DNA from: Mobula hypostoma
Taxonomy: Eukaryota
Length of the DNA stretch: 64,000 bases
Direction of reading: 5' to 3'
Assembly: GCF_963921235.1 (NCBI RefSeq)
Contig: NC_086108.1
Location: 67,024,001-67,088,000 of the forward strand
Shown: positions 36,765-49,838 of the stretch, piece after piece
Numbering within the stretch: position 1 is the first letter of the stretch
Layout: every line of letters starts with the position of its first letter
Position numbers and translations under genes: made by a program
Notes under the pieces: model-generated
What the model was told of the DNA's origin: nothing
Database searches by the model: none
Seen by the model: the letters and a program-made list of their open reading frames with translations, nothing else

Positions 36765-39304
36765 GAAAATATAAGGTATGTGGAGTGAGGGACTAAGAGA
36801 CAGGAGTTAGAAAACAAGATTAACATGAAAACATAGGAAGGAAGTAGGAGAGAATACTGACGCAGGACAGAGATTTGGAATTGAAGGAACTTATTGAGAG
36901 AAAAAACAAGTGAAGAGTAGAACAAGTCAGAAGGGGAAGAGCTGATAGCTAGGAGATGGAGTTAGTGATTTGGCACCAACATTAACAGCTTTGGAGCATC
37001 AATGCAAAAAAATCAAATCTAACAATTTCATCCACAGATGCTGCCTGACCTGTTGAGTTCCTCTAGCATTTCATGTGTGCTGATCTTGATATCCATCATC
37101 TGCAATCTTTCTTGGATCTAACAGTCTTGTTCCTTTTTTCACAGTTTCTCAGAATTGAGTGTGATTTGCTTTCACTCAAGTTCTGTGTTCGTGGGGTGAC
37201 TGATGAATCCAGTGTGGGATCTGCAAATGTTGCCATTGGAGGGGTAGATGGTGGTTGGAGGGGCATGGGATGAGCTATTTGGGTTGGGGCGCATTCCTCA
37301 TGCTATTTATGTTGGACTCCTGTGTGCTTCCAGCACACATGGCTCTCAGTGTCATCCCATTTTTGAGAATCAGGATGTCAAACCCAGCACAAAACTCAAG
37401 ATCTGCGAGACAGTAGTGATCTCTCCCCACATGTATGATTCTGAGAAGTGGACTATCCAAAAAAACACTGTACAGATATCGACAACCTTTCAAATCCATT
37501 GACAGGGTAACATTAACATCTTTGCGCTATCATTGACGCCAAAGTTGCTCACAGTTGACCACTTTGAGCGGGTCACTTTATTCACATGCCTGACACCAAA
37601 CTTCCAAAACAAAGGATCAGAACATGGCCTCCATCAGTTGTATTGCTGAAGAAATTCCAACTAGTTTCTGAGAAATGAGCTCACTGGTGTTATTTCCAAT
37701 GCTGTCAGAATGATTATTTAATAATTAGTATTTTTGCATTTAATCTACATTTTCTTATTCCTTTCTTAAGGTTTCTATGTCATGCAAAATTGTCCATGTT
37801 ATGCTTTGAACAGGTGCTAAACCCTGGATGTGCTAATTACATGCCATAGCCTTCCAATAGCATATATCTCAAGGGCACCCCAAGGTGATTCCCGACATCC
37901 TTGCTTTATTCTCAGAGTTCAGGGAATTTCCATCCATCAATTTTTAATAGAATTCTGACAAAGTTGTAAAAAATAGCCCAAATCTGCTCCTGGCACTTCC
38001 ATGCAGAATCCTAACATGCTATCCTCTTATGTCACCCTCCCCGTTTACTTCTCCAACCGAAAAGTCCTCTAAATGCATTTCCTTTTTATTCCTGTGACCC
38101 GTGAACAGATGTGGAAAATAATACGTCATGCAGGTTGGCTGCTCCACTCGGTAACAAACTGTGGATGATAGCAGCAGACACATTCCGATTTAAATGCCCA
38201 AAAACTATTTTAATACCAATTGAAACAGAAAAGTGATCAATTTGGCAGCAGCTGCAAAAGCTAAGCTTCAAAAGGGAAAACTTGTACAGGATGTGATAGG
38301 GTGTCGAATGCATCAAGCTCGCCTTCAGTTTGATTTTCGCTTCACGCTGAGATACATACTCTTAGTCAGAGTGGGAGTGTTACAGTTGGCCTCGGTATCA
38401 AAGAAAGGAGGAGAAAATTAAAGTCAGCACAATAACCCACTTAATCACCATTTAGTAAAGCTTGTTTGGAAGTATACGGTATCTATGTGGACATTGAGTA
38501 ACTGGAGTAAGAGAGTGTTGAACACAGTAAACAACATTCCCCACAAATTAAAAAACCTATCAAGGAAAACCGTAGGTGTAACTTTAGGTATTGTTAGTAT
38601 TACTTTTTGAGAAAGGACAGCTGGTAAATTTGCAAGGGTGCTGGTTAAACTTTACACTTCTGTATCCTGGTTGTACATTGTCCTCCAAAAGGCTGGTGTT
38701 ACACTTCAGTAGATATGTTTTTATCCCCCGTGAAGAATCTTTAGTAATAGGTAAAAGATTTATAGGATTTGAAGAGAAAATCATCTGCTTTTGTTTCTCC
38801 ATCTCTGTCTTGCCTTCCACTGTGTGTTTGATGTTCATCAAACAATGACCCACTCCTTGTTTATATTTGATTTTCACCTCCAAACAATCGTCCTTTCATT
38901 TTTAATCAGGCAAACCAACAACATTTAGTGGGTTAAATCACTTACTTAAATATTAGTTCATCATGTACCATCTACCCAGGGCAAACTAGCTCAGATTTGA
39001 AGAAATATGATGTATTCCTTCATATTAACTGAAGTGATGGCAAAATGTAAGCACAGCTTGAAGGATAACACCCATTTTTCACTGGCACTCTCATTCGCCG
39101 CTGAAACCTGCATCTAGAAGAAGCTGTCTTCTTCTCAGCTCCACTAATTGAGTGTGAAGTCCTCCTGTGAGATTATAATGAGCCCCAGAAGTTTAAATGC
39201 CACAAGCCTGACTTATTCCTGTGTGATTGAGTTTGCAGCACAACCCTGTATGACTTAAAAGTAATTACGCCTGTAGTAAAGCATTTCAAGGGCATCTTGA
39301 GATA

Positions 39305-39460
39305 TCAGCATGATAGTGCAGCAGGCTGTGTTGTTTGCCCATAGCTCCAGCGGTCCAGGTTCATTCATGATCCCTGGAGCTGTTCTATTTGGAGTTTTCA
39401 CGTATTCCGTTTGCCACAGGTGTTTCCTTCCATTTCCCAAAGATGTACAAGTAAGTGAAC
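39305..39460 (+). mobile_element. Decayed V-SINE-like fragment
   Basis: B-box-like ccaggttcattc and gtttccttccatttcccaaagatgtac, similar to 13810-14112. Confidence 0.45.
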
Positions 39461-39529
39461 AGGCCTCTCTCAATTACCTCTCAGAATAAAGTATGTAAAT
39501 CTTAGGAAGCTAAGATATACATAAAACCT

Positions 39530-40462
39530 GGATGAAGATGTTGATGGGAGGTTAGTAAATTTGCATAGAAGATTGGCAGTGTTGTGGATAGCGTAAAAGA
39601 CTGGCAAAAAATACAACGGGATCTAGATCAGTTGGGGATATGGGTGGAGAAATGGCAGATTGAGTTTAACCTGGCCAAATGGAAAGTTTTGCACCTTGGT
39701 AGGTCAAATGCAAAAAGACAGTACACTGTCAAGGGCAAACTCCACAGCAGTGTTGATTCTTAGGTTCATAGCTCCCTGAAAGAAGCTACACAGATTGATA
39801 GGTTGGTTAAGAAGGCATATGGCATACTTCCCTTTATTAGTTGAGTTCAAAAGTCAGGAAGTTATGTTGCAGCTTTTTAAAACTCTAGTTATGCATGATC
39901 TGGGGTACAGCATACGGTTCTGGCTGCCCCATTATAAGATGGATGTCGAGGCTTTGGAGAGGGTGTAGAAAAGGATGCTGCCTGGATTAGAGGGCACGTA
40001 CTATAATGAGAGGTTCAGTTGTTTTCTCTGGACTACTGGAGGTTGAGCGGGGTTCTGATAGAGGTCTCTAAGATTATTCTTATTATTATTATTATTATTA
40101 TTACAAGAGGCATAGATAGACCAGACAATATACTTTTCCAAGAGTTGAAATATCCACTACCAGAACACATGCATTTGAGGTGAGAGGGGGTAGGTTCAAA
40201 GGAGGTGTGAGAGGCAAGATTTATATACAGAGTGGCGGGTGCCTAGAATTTGCTGGCTGGGGTGATGATAGAGGCAGATATATTAGAGACTTTTAAGAGA
40301 TGTTCAGCTAGGCTCATGCAGGTAAGAGAACTAAAAGGATATGGACCTTGTGTAGGCAGAAAGGATTATCTTAGTTGGCCATTTGATCACTAATTTTATT
40401 GGTTCAGCACAACATTATGAGGTGAAAGGCCTGTTTCTATGCTGCACTGTTCTATGTTCTAG
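39530..40462 (+). mobile_element. CR1 LINE 3' fragment containing a (TTA)n microsatellite at about 40073-40102
   Basis: Degenerate RT (agtaaatttgca, aaatggcagattgagtttaa) and a CR1 3' end. Confidence 0.75.
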
Positions 40463-41149
40463 ACTAGAACACCGGCACACCCATGCTAAGTTGAAATACT
40501 GGCATTATTTTCTTTGGGGAACAAAACTTAATTCTAATTATTTATCTGTAGTTAACTGCATTCATTTATATTGCTGATGTAGAACTAGCTTTGCACATGC
40601 AAAGCAGAAATGTGCCCCTCCGAATGATCCTGCATAAAGAAATTCAGGAAACACAGGGAGCTTTTTCACTTAAAAACATTTGGCCGTGGGAAACACACGG
40701 CTCTCTCAGCTGAGAAATTTTATTGCAATCACACAATTTCCAGGTCAATTTGTGTGTTCTGGAAGAAATCCATCCACCTGGTTCTGAAATGAACCCATTA
40801 CTGGGTGCCTTCAGCCCAATTAAGTTTTAACAGATTTGCCATCTTCACAGCTGCAAGTCTTAAAGGAGCTTGCACTGAGAGCCCACTGACAAATTCTGCC
40901 AAATTTATTTTATCCCTTCCTCTCCGTTGGGGCCCTGACTCTGCTGATTGGTGTTTCCAACCATAAGCTCAAACTGCACCCCTTCTTGCTGCATTGAGCT
41001 CCTGATAACCAGGCCTTGAACACCTAATCCAAACCACAGTCACTGATTTTTCTCTGACTTAACAAACTCCATCTGATTTAGTACTTCATTCCTGACTCAG
41101 ATGCAGCTCAACCACCTCCCGCAACCACCACCTACTTTGTTAACGGGAC

Positions 41150-42368
41150 ATTTGTAAGTGGGATAGATAAAGGGGATGCAGTTGATATTGTATATTTGGA
41201 CTTTCAGAAGACCCTGGACAAGGTGCCACACACGAGGCTGCTTACCGAATTAAGAGCCCATGGTATCACAGGAAAGTTACTGGCATGATTAGAGCATTGG
41301 CTGATTGGTAGGAGGCAGTGAGTAGGAATAAAAGGATCCTTTTCTGGTTGGCTGCCAGTGACTAGTGGTGTTCTGCAGGGGTTGGTGTTGGGACCACTTC
41401 TCTTTATGCTGTATGTCAATGATTTAGATGATGGAAGAGATGGCTTTGTTGCAGATGATGCAATGATTGGTGGAGGGGCAGGGAATGTTGAGGAAACAAG
41501 TAGGCTGCTGAAGACTTAGACAGATTAGGAGAATTGGCAAATGAAATACTACGTTGGAACATGGATGGTCGTGCACTTTGATAGTAGAAATAAATGTACG
41601 GACTATTTTCTAAACTGGGAGAAAGTCCAAAAATCTGAGATGCGAAGGGACTTGGGAGTCCTTGTGCAGAACACAAAGGTTAACTTGCAGATTGAGTCAG
41701 TGGTGAGGAAGGCAAATGCAACGTTAGCATTAATTTCAAGAGGTCTAGAATACAAGAGCAGGGATATGATGCTGAGGCTTTATAAGGCATTGGTGAGGCC
41801 TCACCTTGAGTATTGTGAACAATTTTGTGCTCCTCATCTAAAAAAAGATGTGCTGGCATTGGAGATGGTTCAGAGGATGTTCACAAGGAAGATTCCACGA
41901 ATGAAAGGGCTGTCACATGAAGGACGTTTGATGGCTCTGAATCTGTACTCGCTGGAATTTAGAAGGATGAGGGGGGATCTCATTGAAACCTTTTGAATAT
42001 TGAAAGGCCTAGCCAGAGTAGATGTGGAAAGGATGTTTCCCATGATGGGGGAGTCTAGGACAAGAGGACACAACTTCAGGATAGGGGGGTGATCATTTAA
42101 AACAGAGATGCAGAGAAATTTCTTTCGCCTGAGGGTGGTGAATTCGTGGAATTTATTACTACAAGCAGCTGTGGAGGCCTGGTCATTGTGTGTACTTAAG
42201 GCAGAGCTTGATAGTTTCTTGATTGGACATGGCAACAAAGATTACAGGGAGAAGGCCGGGAAGTGGGGTTGAGGAGGAGAGAAAAAAAAGATCAGCCTTG
42301 GTTGAATGGTGGAACAGACTCGATGGGCCAAATGGCATAATTCTGATCCCACGTTTTATGGTCTTATT
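41150..42368 (+). mobile_element. CR1 LINE 3' portion (RT domain)
   Basis: DIVYLDFQK, SGVLQGLVLGPLLF, LYKALVRPHLEYCEQFCAPH, LYSLEFRRMRGDLIETF. Confidence 0.88.
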
Positions 42369-43104
42369 TATTCTATCCCTCACTTCACTGAACTTTCTAC
42401 TTCACTCTAAATGCCAGCAATCACAGATCCCACCAGCTCCAATCTTCAAACCCAATTTGTATGAAAACCTGATTCCTCCTCCCTGAACTTTGTTCCACCC
42501 CTGCACCAGTCTTGGTCCAGTGTTTTGCAGACACTGCACTGAGGCAACACAGAGAAACACGATTTCTTCTCATGAAATGCTGATTGAGTTGTTCCTGACT
42601 CCTTCAGCCTCAGGCACCCTTGGATTTTAACTGACAGTCTCACAACCACAAAACGTTATTGGCACACCTTTCTGAATTTTTGGTCCATGAACTGCCTGAC
42701 TGATTTTTGGAGAGAAATCAAACAGCACATATTGCCAAATATAAGTGCAGAGAAGTCTATTGCTTTGTCTTTTAGTTCCTTTGCCTTTCCTTGCAGGTAT
42801 CTTCTTTGCTTTTCACTTTCACTCAATGACTAATGCTGGGTTACAGTTCACAGGAGAGGGCGATATTGGCTGTTCTGTTCTGGTGCCTTACCCGCCCTCA
42901 TGTGAATCTTTGGAATATAAATGCTGGATGACTGTGGAGGCCATAACAACTGACCCTAATAGCATATGGCCCAACATGTTCTCTTCAATCAGTTGGTAGT
43001 GGAGGCTCTGACAGCCGGAAAGGTCGAGGATGATGTTCTCCCAAGGGCTTATTCCCTTAACGGAGAACAGCTGTGTGCGAATTTGTTTAATGTGGGGAGG
43101 CAGT

Positions 43105-44705
43105 ACAACTACCTCTGTGAAGATCCCTGCTGCACCCAGTGACTCTGTGATCTCTGTCTTGGAGGCCGATGTCAGGCTGTCTTTAAGGAGAGTGAACCCT
43201 CACAAGGTGGCAGGCCCTGATGGAGTACCTGGTAAGGCGCTGAAAACTTATGCCAAACAACTAGCGGAAGTATTCAAGGACATTTTCAACCTCTCACAGC
43301 TATGGCCAGAAGTTCCCACCTGCTTCAAAAGGGCAACAATTATACCAGTGCCCGAGAAGAGTAGAGTGAGCTGCCTTAATGATTGTCATTGAGTAGCACT
43401 CACAGCTACAGTGATGAAATGCTTTGAGAGTTTGGTCATGGCTTGAAGCAATTCCTGCCTCAGCAAGGACCTGAACCCACTGCAATTACCCTACTGCCAC
43501 AATAGGTCTACAGCAGACACAATCTCAATGGCTCGTCACACAGCCTTAGATCACTTGGGTAATACAAACACCTATGTCAGGATGCTGTTCGTTGATTATA
43601 GCTCAGCGTTTAACGCCATCATTCCCACAATCCTGATCGATAAGCTACAGAACCTGAGTCTCTGTATCTTCCTCTGCAACTGGATCCTCAACTTCCTAAC
43701 CAAAAGACCACAATCTGTATGGATTGGTAATAATACCTCCTCCTCACTGACGATCAATACTGGCACACCTCAGGCGTGTGTACTTAGCCTGCTGCTCTAC
43801 TCTCTCTCTACCCATGACTGTGTGACTAGGTGTAACTCAAATGCCATCTATAAATTTGCTGATGATACAACCAATGTTGGTGATATCTCAGATGAAGATG
43901 AGAGGGTGTACAGGAACGAGATATACCAGCTAATTGAGTGGTGTCACAGCCACAACCTTGCACTCAACATCAGTAAGACCAAAGAGCAGATTGTGAACTT
44001 CAGGAAGTGTACAACGAAGGAACACAAACCAGTCCTCATAGAGGGATCAGAAATGGAGAGAGTAAACAATTTCAAGTTCCTGGGTGTCAAGACCTCTGAG
44101 GATCTAATCTGGTCCCAACGTATCAATGAAGCTATATTGAAGGCAAGAGAGTGGCTATATTTCGTTAGGATTTGGTACATCACCTGAAACACTTGAAAAC
44201 TTCTACAGATGTACTGTAGTGAGCATTCTGATTTGCTGTGTCACTGCCTGGTATGAAGGTGGATGGGAGGGATGTGGTGCTACTACAGAAGAAGCTACAG
44301 GAAGTTGTAAAATTAATCAGCTTCATCTTGGTACTAGCCTCCGTAGTATCGAAGACATCTTCAAGGAGCGGTGCCTTGGAAAGGTAGCATCCATTATTAA
44401 GAACCCCCATCACCCTGGACATGTCCCCTTCTCATTGGTACAATCAGAAAGGAGGTATAGAAGCTTGAAGACACACACTCAGCAATTCAGAAACAGCATC
44501 TTCCCTCTGCCATCCAATTCCTAAATGCACATTAAACCTATAAACACTACTTAATTGTTTTTTTAATATGTATTAGTTCTGTTTATACAGAATTTTTAAT
44601 TGAAATATATATATATAAAACTGTAATTGATTTACTAATTTTTTTCTCTATTATCATACAATACATTGCACTGCTGCCGCTAAGTTAACAAATTTCTCGA
44701 CATGC
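43105..44705 (+). mobile_element. Rex1/Babar-like LINE fragment
   Basis: [54 protein letters not shown]. Confidence 0.88.
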
Positions 44706-45336
44706 GCTGTATACCAAGCGGTCTGTATCACTACTCTTCTTTATAGCTGTGAAGCTTGGGTAACCTATAGCCATCGCATCGAGTCCTTGGAGCGCTTCTA
44801 CATGAGCTGTCTCCAGCGCATCCTGGGAATTAACTGGCATGAGTGGGTGCCTCACACTGAAATACTTGTAAAGACCAACTGCAGGAGTATTGAGGCCATG
44901 ATCACCCAGCGTCAGCTGCAGTGGCTGGGGCACGTGATAGGGATGTCCCTATGTTGGCTACCCCACAGAGTGCTATATGGCCAGCTACATCATGGTCGAC
45001 GCTCAGCTGGAAGGCCAAAGAAACGCTATAGGATCAGATGAATGCTTTACGGAAGTGCAAGATCAGACCCGAGGACCTGGAGAATGTTGCTGCTGACCGT
45101 ACCAGCTGTGTAGGGACGGGGTTCGTATTCTGGAGATGGAAAGAACAACCAGAAGACAGCAGAAAAGAGCCAGGAGAAATGCAGCCATGGTTGCCACCAC
45201 TACCACATATACATGTCCCACCTGCAATAGAGCTTGTGGGTCCAGGATAGGACTGTATCGTCATCAAAGATCTCACCGTTAAAGGAGTGGACATCGTCAT
45301 CGGATTTCAATGGACAACCGATTGGATTGGACTGGG
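44706..45336 (+). mobile_element. RTE-clade LINE 3' fragment
   Basis: LERFYMSCLQRILGINW..RQLQWLGHV..PHRVLYGQL..GRRSAGRPKKRY; short (GATTG)n tail. Confidence 0.8.
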
Positions 45337-45814
45337 GTCAGGGTCCAGTAACAATGCAAGATGATTGGGAACCCTTTGCTGCTGCAGCCTTCCTCTGCCT
45401 TCACTTGCGTTCTGATGTGTCATCATCTTTCATCAGCTCCACCATTAAGGTCTTGGTCTGGAACCTCCCTATTGAACTTTACCACCATGGGTGACCCTCT
45501 CTGGAGTGATCATCCCAGGATCTAATTACCAGAACTCTCAGGATCTTAGGAGCTCACAACCCTTTTCACCATGATGATCCTCCCTCATCAACATACTCTT
45601 CCTCGCCTCCAATGAGCTTCCCAGAGCAATGAAACCAATGTACAAAATCAATGAGAAACTTTTCAGTCTATATTGCCACCATCTCAGAACCAAGGTGAAC
45701 CTAAAATCAATCATCAAGATGCAGTCCACAGACTAAACTTGTGTATGCACACATCTGGATGATAGCTTCAGATATCATCAGCTTGCACATTAAACCATAA
45801 GAAAAGAATGGGCC

Positions 45815-46106
45815 CAAGCGTAGGGCGCCCATTCAGAACAGAACAGAAATGCGAAGAGATTTTTTTAGTCAGAGGGTGGTGAATCTATGGAATTTGTTGC
45901 CCCGGGCAGCAGTGGAGGCCAAGTCATTGGGTGTATTTAAGGCAGAGATTGATAGGTATTTGAGTAGCCAGGGCATCAAAGGTTATGGTGAGAAGGCAGG
46001 GGAGTGGGACTAAATAGGAGAATGGATTAGCTCATGATAAAATGGCAGAGCAGACTCGATGGGCCGAATGGCCTACTTCTGCTCCTTTGTCTTATGGTCT
46101 TATGGT
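45815..46106 (+). mobile_element. CR1 3' end followed by a (GATA)n-type microsatellite (about 46108-46149)
   Basis: tcagagggtggtgaatctatggaatt...gggccgaatggcctacttctgctcc...tcttatggtcttatgg. Confidence 0.8.
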
Positions 46107-46329
46107 ACATAGATGGATAGACAGACAGAGATAGATAGATAGATAGATAATTCATTGAGCCCAAAGGAAATTATAGTGTCACAATAGCATTACAAGTGCA
46201 CAGATATACAAATATTAGAAAAGAATTAAGAAGAATAAATAACAATAACTTATCTTAAACAGTCTGACAGGAGGGAGTTATAATTTCCCCAGTTATAGGT
46301 TGACTCAATACAGAGCCTAATGGCTCTCT

Positions 46330-47100
46330 TGAAATGTTGCTCTTGTTTTTAACCTTGGGTACTGTGTGGTCTCCCCAGCTTCCTTTTTTAAAATTTTTTC
46401 TCTCCAACTTCAGAGAGGATTGTGGAGATAGTTTGATTTACAAACTATATGCCGATGAGAGGCAGATTTTGAACTAAACCTGCATGATGTGGAAGCAAGT
46501 CTGGTGACTTCTTCATCATGATCACTCCGTTCAGCACTGACATCCTGACTGTCATGCTGATGTAGCTGGTATGGATGTCTATGGAAGAAGGAGTTCTTGT
46601 GCCAATCTTGCATAACCTTTTAGGAACGCTCGTGGATGCTATTCTGAGTTTCCCCAAGATACATCAGGTAAGCATCCGAACCCCTCAAAGACATCTGCAT
46701 ACTCTTCCATGAGTGTTTTTCTTTACACCAGGTTGAGCTTTTCATGTGCATTCATACCAAATAATGGCTGTACTCCCTTGTCTATAATCAGTAGTTGCGC
46801 CTTTAGCCCCTTGTGCTTGAAGTTCACTATGCAGCCATCTTTTACTGGAAGGCTCTCTTCAGTATAGCCAGTTACTTTTAACTTCACTTGGTAAATCTTG
46901 CTCTTTAGTTTGAGAGTTTTGTAATCGTCCATGAATATCAGTTTCACCTGGGCTCCGGTGTCGTTTGACTGGAATTACTATCTCATTCACAGTCACTGGA
47001 ACAATCCATTTTGTTTTATCAGAACCAGCAATCTGCATTCAATCCACAAAGAATTCCTCTATTTCCTTAGTAACCATGTGCATCTTTCCCTTGGTAGCCC
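46330..47100 (-). mobile_element. Decayed Gypsy-like internal fragment (aspartic protease region)
   Basis: Minus strand reads DTGAQVKLI...LKVTGY...QPLFGMNAHEKLNLV, resembling a retrotransposon protease. Confidence 0.55.
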
Positions 47101-47102
47101 CA

Positions 47103-47715
47103 GCTTTGAAGCACTGTTCCTGAACCTGATGGTGTGGGGCCTGAGGCTGCTGTACCTTCTTCCTGATGGCAGTAGTGAGAAGAGAGTGTGGCCTGGATGG
47201 TGAGGGTCTTTGATGATGGATGTTGCTTTCCTGTAACAGTGCTCTGTGTAGATGTGCTCAGTGGTGGGGAGGGCTTTACATTTGATGAACGGAGCCATTT
47301 CCACTACTTTTTGTAGAATTTTCTGTTCAAAGTCATTGTTGATTCCATAGCAGACCATAATGCAGCCAGTCAATATACTATCCACCACATATCGACAGAA
47401 GTTTGTCAAAGTTTTAGGAGTCATGCTGAATCTTCGCAAACTTCTAACAAAGCAGAGGTGCTGCCATGCCTTCTTCATAATTGTATTATGTACTGGGCCC
47501 AGGACAGATCCTCTGAAATGGTAATGCTGAGGAATTTAAAGTTGCTGACCCCCTCCACCTCTGATCCTCTGATGAGGACTGGCTCATGGACCTCTGACTT
47601 CCTCCTCCTGAAGTGAAAATCAGCTCCTTGATCTTGCTGGCATTGAGTAAGAAGTTACTGTTGTAGCACAACTCAGCCAGATTTTCAGTTTCCTTCCTAA
47701 ATGCTGATTCATCAG
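47103..47715 (-). mobile_element. Rex1-like LINE fragment
   Basis: KKAWQHLCFVRSLRRF, IIKDPHHPGHTLFSLLPSGRRY. Confidence 0.8.
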
Positions 47716-48625
47716 CATCTTTAGCTCCATCACACTGAGCACTGGCACTTCCCAGGTCAGCGCGCTGAGCCCCCTGCTGTTCGTGATGCTGATGCTTGAC
47801 TGCCTTGCTAGATTCAGTTCAAACCGAATCATTAAGTTTGCCGATGACACGGCAGTGGATGGCCTCATTAACGATGACACCAAGACGGTGTACGGAGATG
47901 AAGTAGAGCGGCTGGTGGAATAGTGCAGGCACAACAACTTGAGTCTCAACATGGGCAAGATCAAAGGGATGATTGTGGACTTTAGGAAGGTGCAGGCTGA
48001 CCACTGCTCCTGCACATGTACGGCTCTTCCGTGGAGAGATTTAGGAGCACCAGGTTTCTGGGAGTGCACAGAACAGATGATTTTACCTGGTCCATCACAA
48101 TCACATCATTGATCAAAAAAAGCACAGCAGCATTTCCACTTCCTGATGAGATTGAGTCCACTGAGGTACACCCCACCCCTGATTTTAACTCAATTTTTAC
48201 AGGAGCACCATTGAGAGTGTCCATCTGATACAGGAATTGCAAGGCATCGGACCGCATATTCCTACATTGGATTTCAAGGACTGCTGAGAGGATCATTCGG
48301 GTCTCACTTCCACCCATTAGAGATATTTATCAGGAACGCTGCTTTGTATTGTCAGTGATCTTTCCCACCTGTCCAACAATCTCTTTGACCCACTACCATC
48401 AGGCAGGTGGTACTGCAGCATGAGGCCAAAAACTGTTAGGATGGGAAACAGCTTCTTCTCTCAGGCTGTAAGATTACTGAACTCCCTGCCATCACCCAGG
48501 TATCATCACCTCTGAAGCATCATTGGCTGTATACTATTTACTTCCAAAACTTGTACTGTGAATGCACCTTATTACTTGTTAGTTTATTTGAGGTAATATT
48601 ACCTTACATGTTATATGTGTGATTT
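47716..48625 (+). mobile_element. Rex1-like LINE fragment, opposite orientation to its neighbour and followed by a CR1 3' end (about 48635-49040)
   Basis: GTSQVSALSPLLF, IKFADDTAV, ccactaccatcaggcagg (PLPSGR). Confidence 0.75.
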
Positions 48626-49149
48626 ATATTTCCGGGAGCTTATGAGAATGAAGGGGGATTTGATAGAGGTATACAAAATTATGAGGGGTATAGATAGGGT
48701 AAATGCAAGCAGACTTTTTCTGCTGAGGTTGGGTGAGACTGAAACTGGAGGTCATGCGTTAAGGGTGAAAGGTGAAATATTTAAAGTGAACGTAAGGGAG
48801 AGCTTCTTCATTGTGGTGAGAGTGTAGAACGAGCTGCCATTGGAAATGGTGGATGCACGTGTGATTTGAACACTTAAGTGAAGTTTGTATAAGTACATGG
48901 ATGGGAGGGATATGGAGTGCTTTAAGTACTGGTGCAAATTGATGGGACTAGGCAGAAGATTTGTACAGCATAGACAAGATGGGCTGAAGGGCCTGATTTT
49001 GTGCCGTAGTGCTCTATGACTCAATAACTCTGTATGACTCTACAGTCAGGGACACTGAACTGCCTCTAAACTCCCATTATATTTCTCTACTCCACTCTGC
49101 CTCCCAAGATATCTTCCCACATAGTGAGTCTAAATTCAGTGGGTTATTA

Positions 49150-49350
49150 GCAATACATATAAAATGCTGGGAAAACTCAGCAAGTCAGGCAGCAACTATG
49201 GAGAGGAATAAACAGTCAGCATTTCTGGAAGAGTATAAGCCTAAAATGTCAGCTGTTTATTCCCTTCCACAGACACTGCCTGTCCTGCTGAGTCCCTCCA
49301 GTGTTTTGTGTGTGTTGCTCTGGACTGCCAGCATCTGCAGAATCTTTTGT
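49150..49350. mobile_element. Older fold-back Penelope-like terminal-repeat insertion
   Basis: Two inverted arms of the same terminal repeat meet at about 49225, within the decayed hammerhead region. Confidence 0.65.
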
Positions 49351-49682
49351 ATATCAAAGGGTCATTATTTCTTGCACTGTTTTTTTCATGTCAGTGGACC
49401 TTTTTTATTCTTAGTTTGTCTGTTTACTCAGGGGTCTCTGACTATTTACACTGTTTTTAAACTCAGAAATCTCTGAATCTTGCGCTTTAAAAAAAATTGA
49501 CTGGGTCTCTGTCTCCAGCGCCTTATTACAAATTCAGATGGGTCTGCCTCCCACCCTCTTTTCGCTGTTTTTAAATGTGATTTTGCACATTCACACCAAG
49601 GCTGACAGAATTCCTTCATGATTTTGAAAGGACATTGATAGTTCACACCTGCCATGCTCTTTGCAAGTTCGTTGCATGGAAA

Positions 49683-49838
49683 CACACACAAAACGCTGGA
49701 GGAACTCAGCAGGCCAGGCTGCATCAATGGAAAAGAGTACAGATGATGCTTTGGGCCAAAATCCTTCAGCAGTAGTCCTCCAGCATTTTGTGTGTGTTGC
49801 TTGGAATTCCAGCATCTGCAGATTTTCTTTTGTTTGGT
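49683..49838. mobile_element. Fold-back Penelope-like terminal-repeat insertion
   Basis: Exact 12-bp TSD GTTGCATGGAAA (49671-49682, 49839-49850); inverted arms. Confidence 0.8.
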
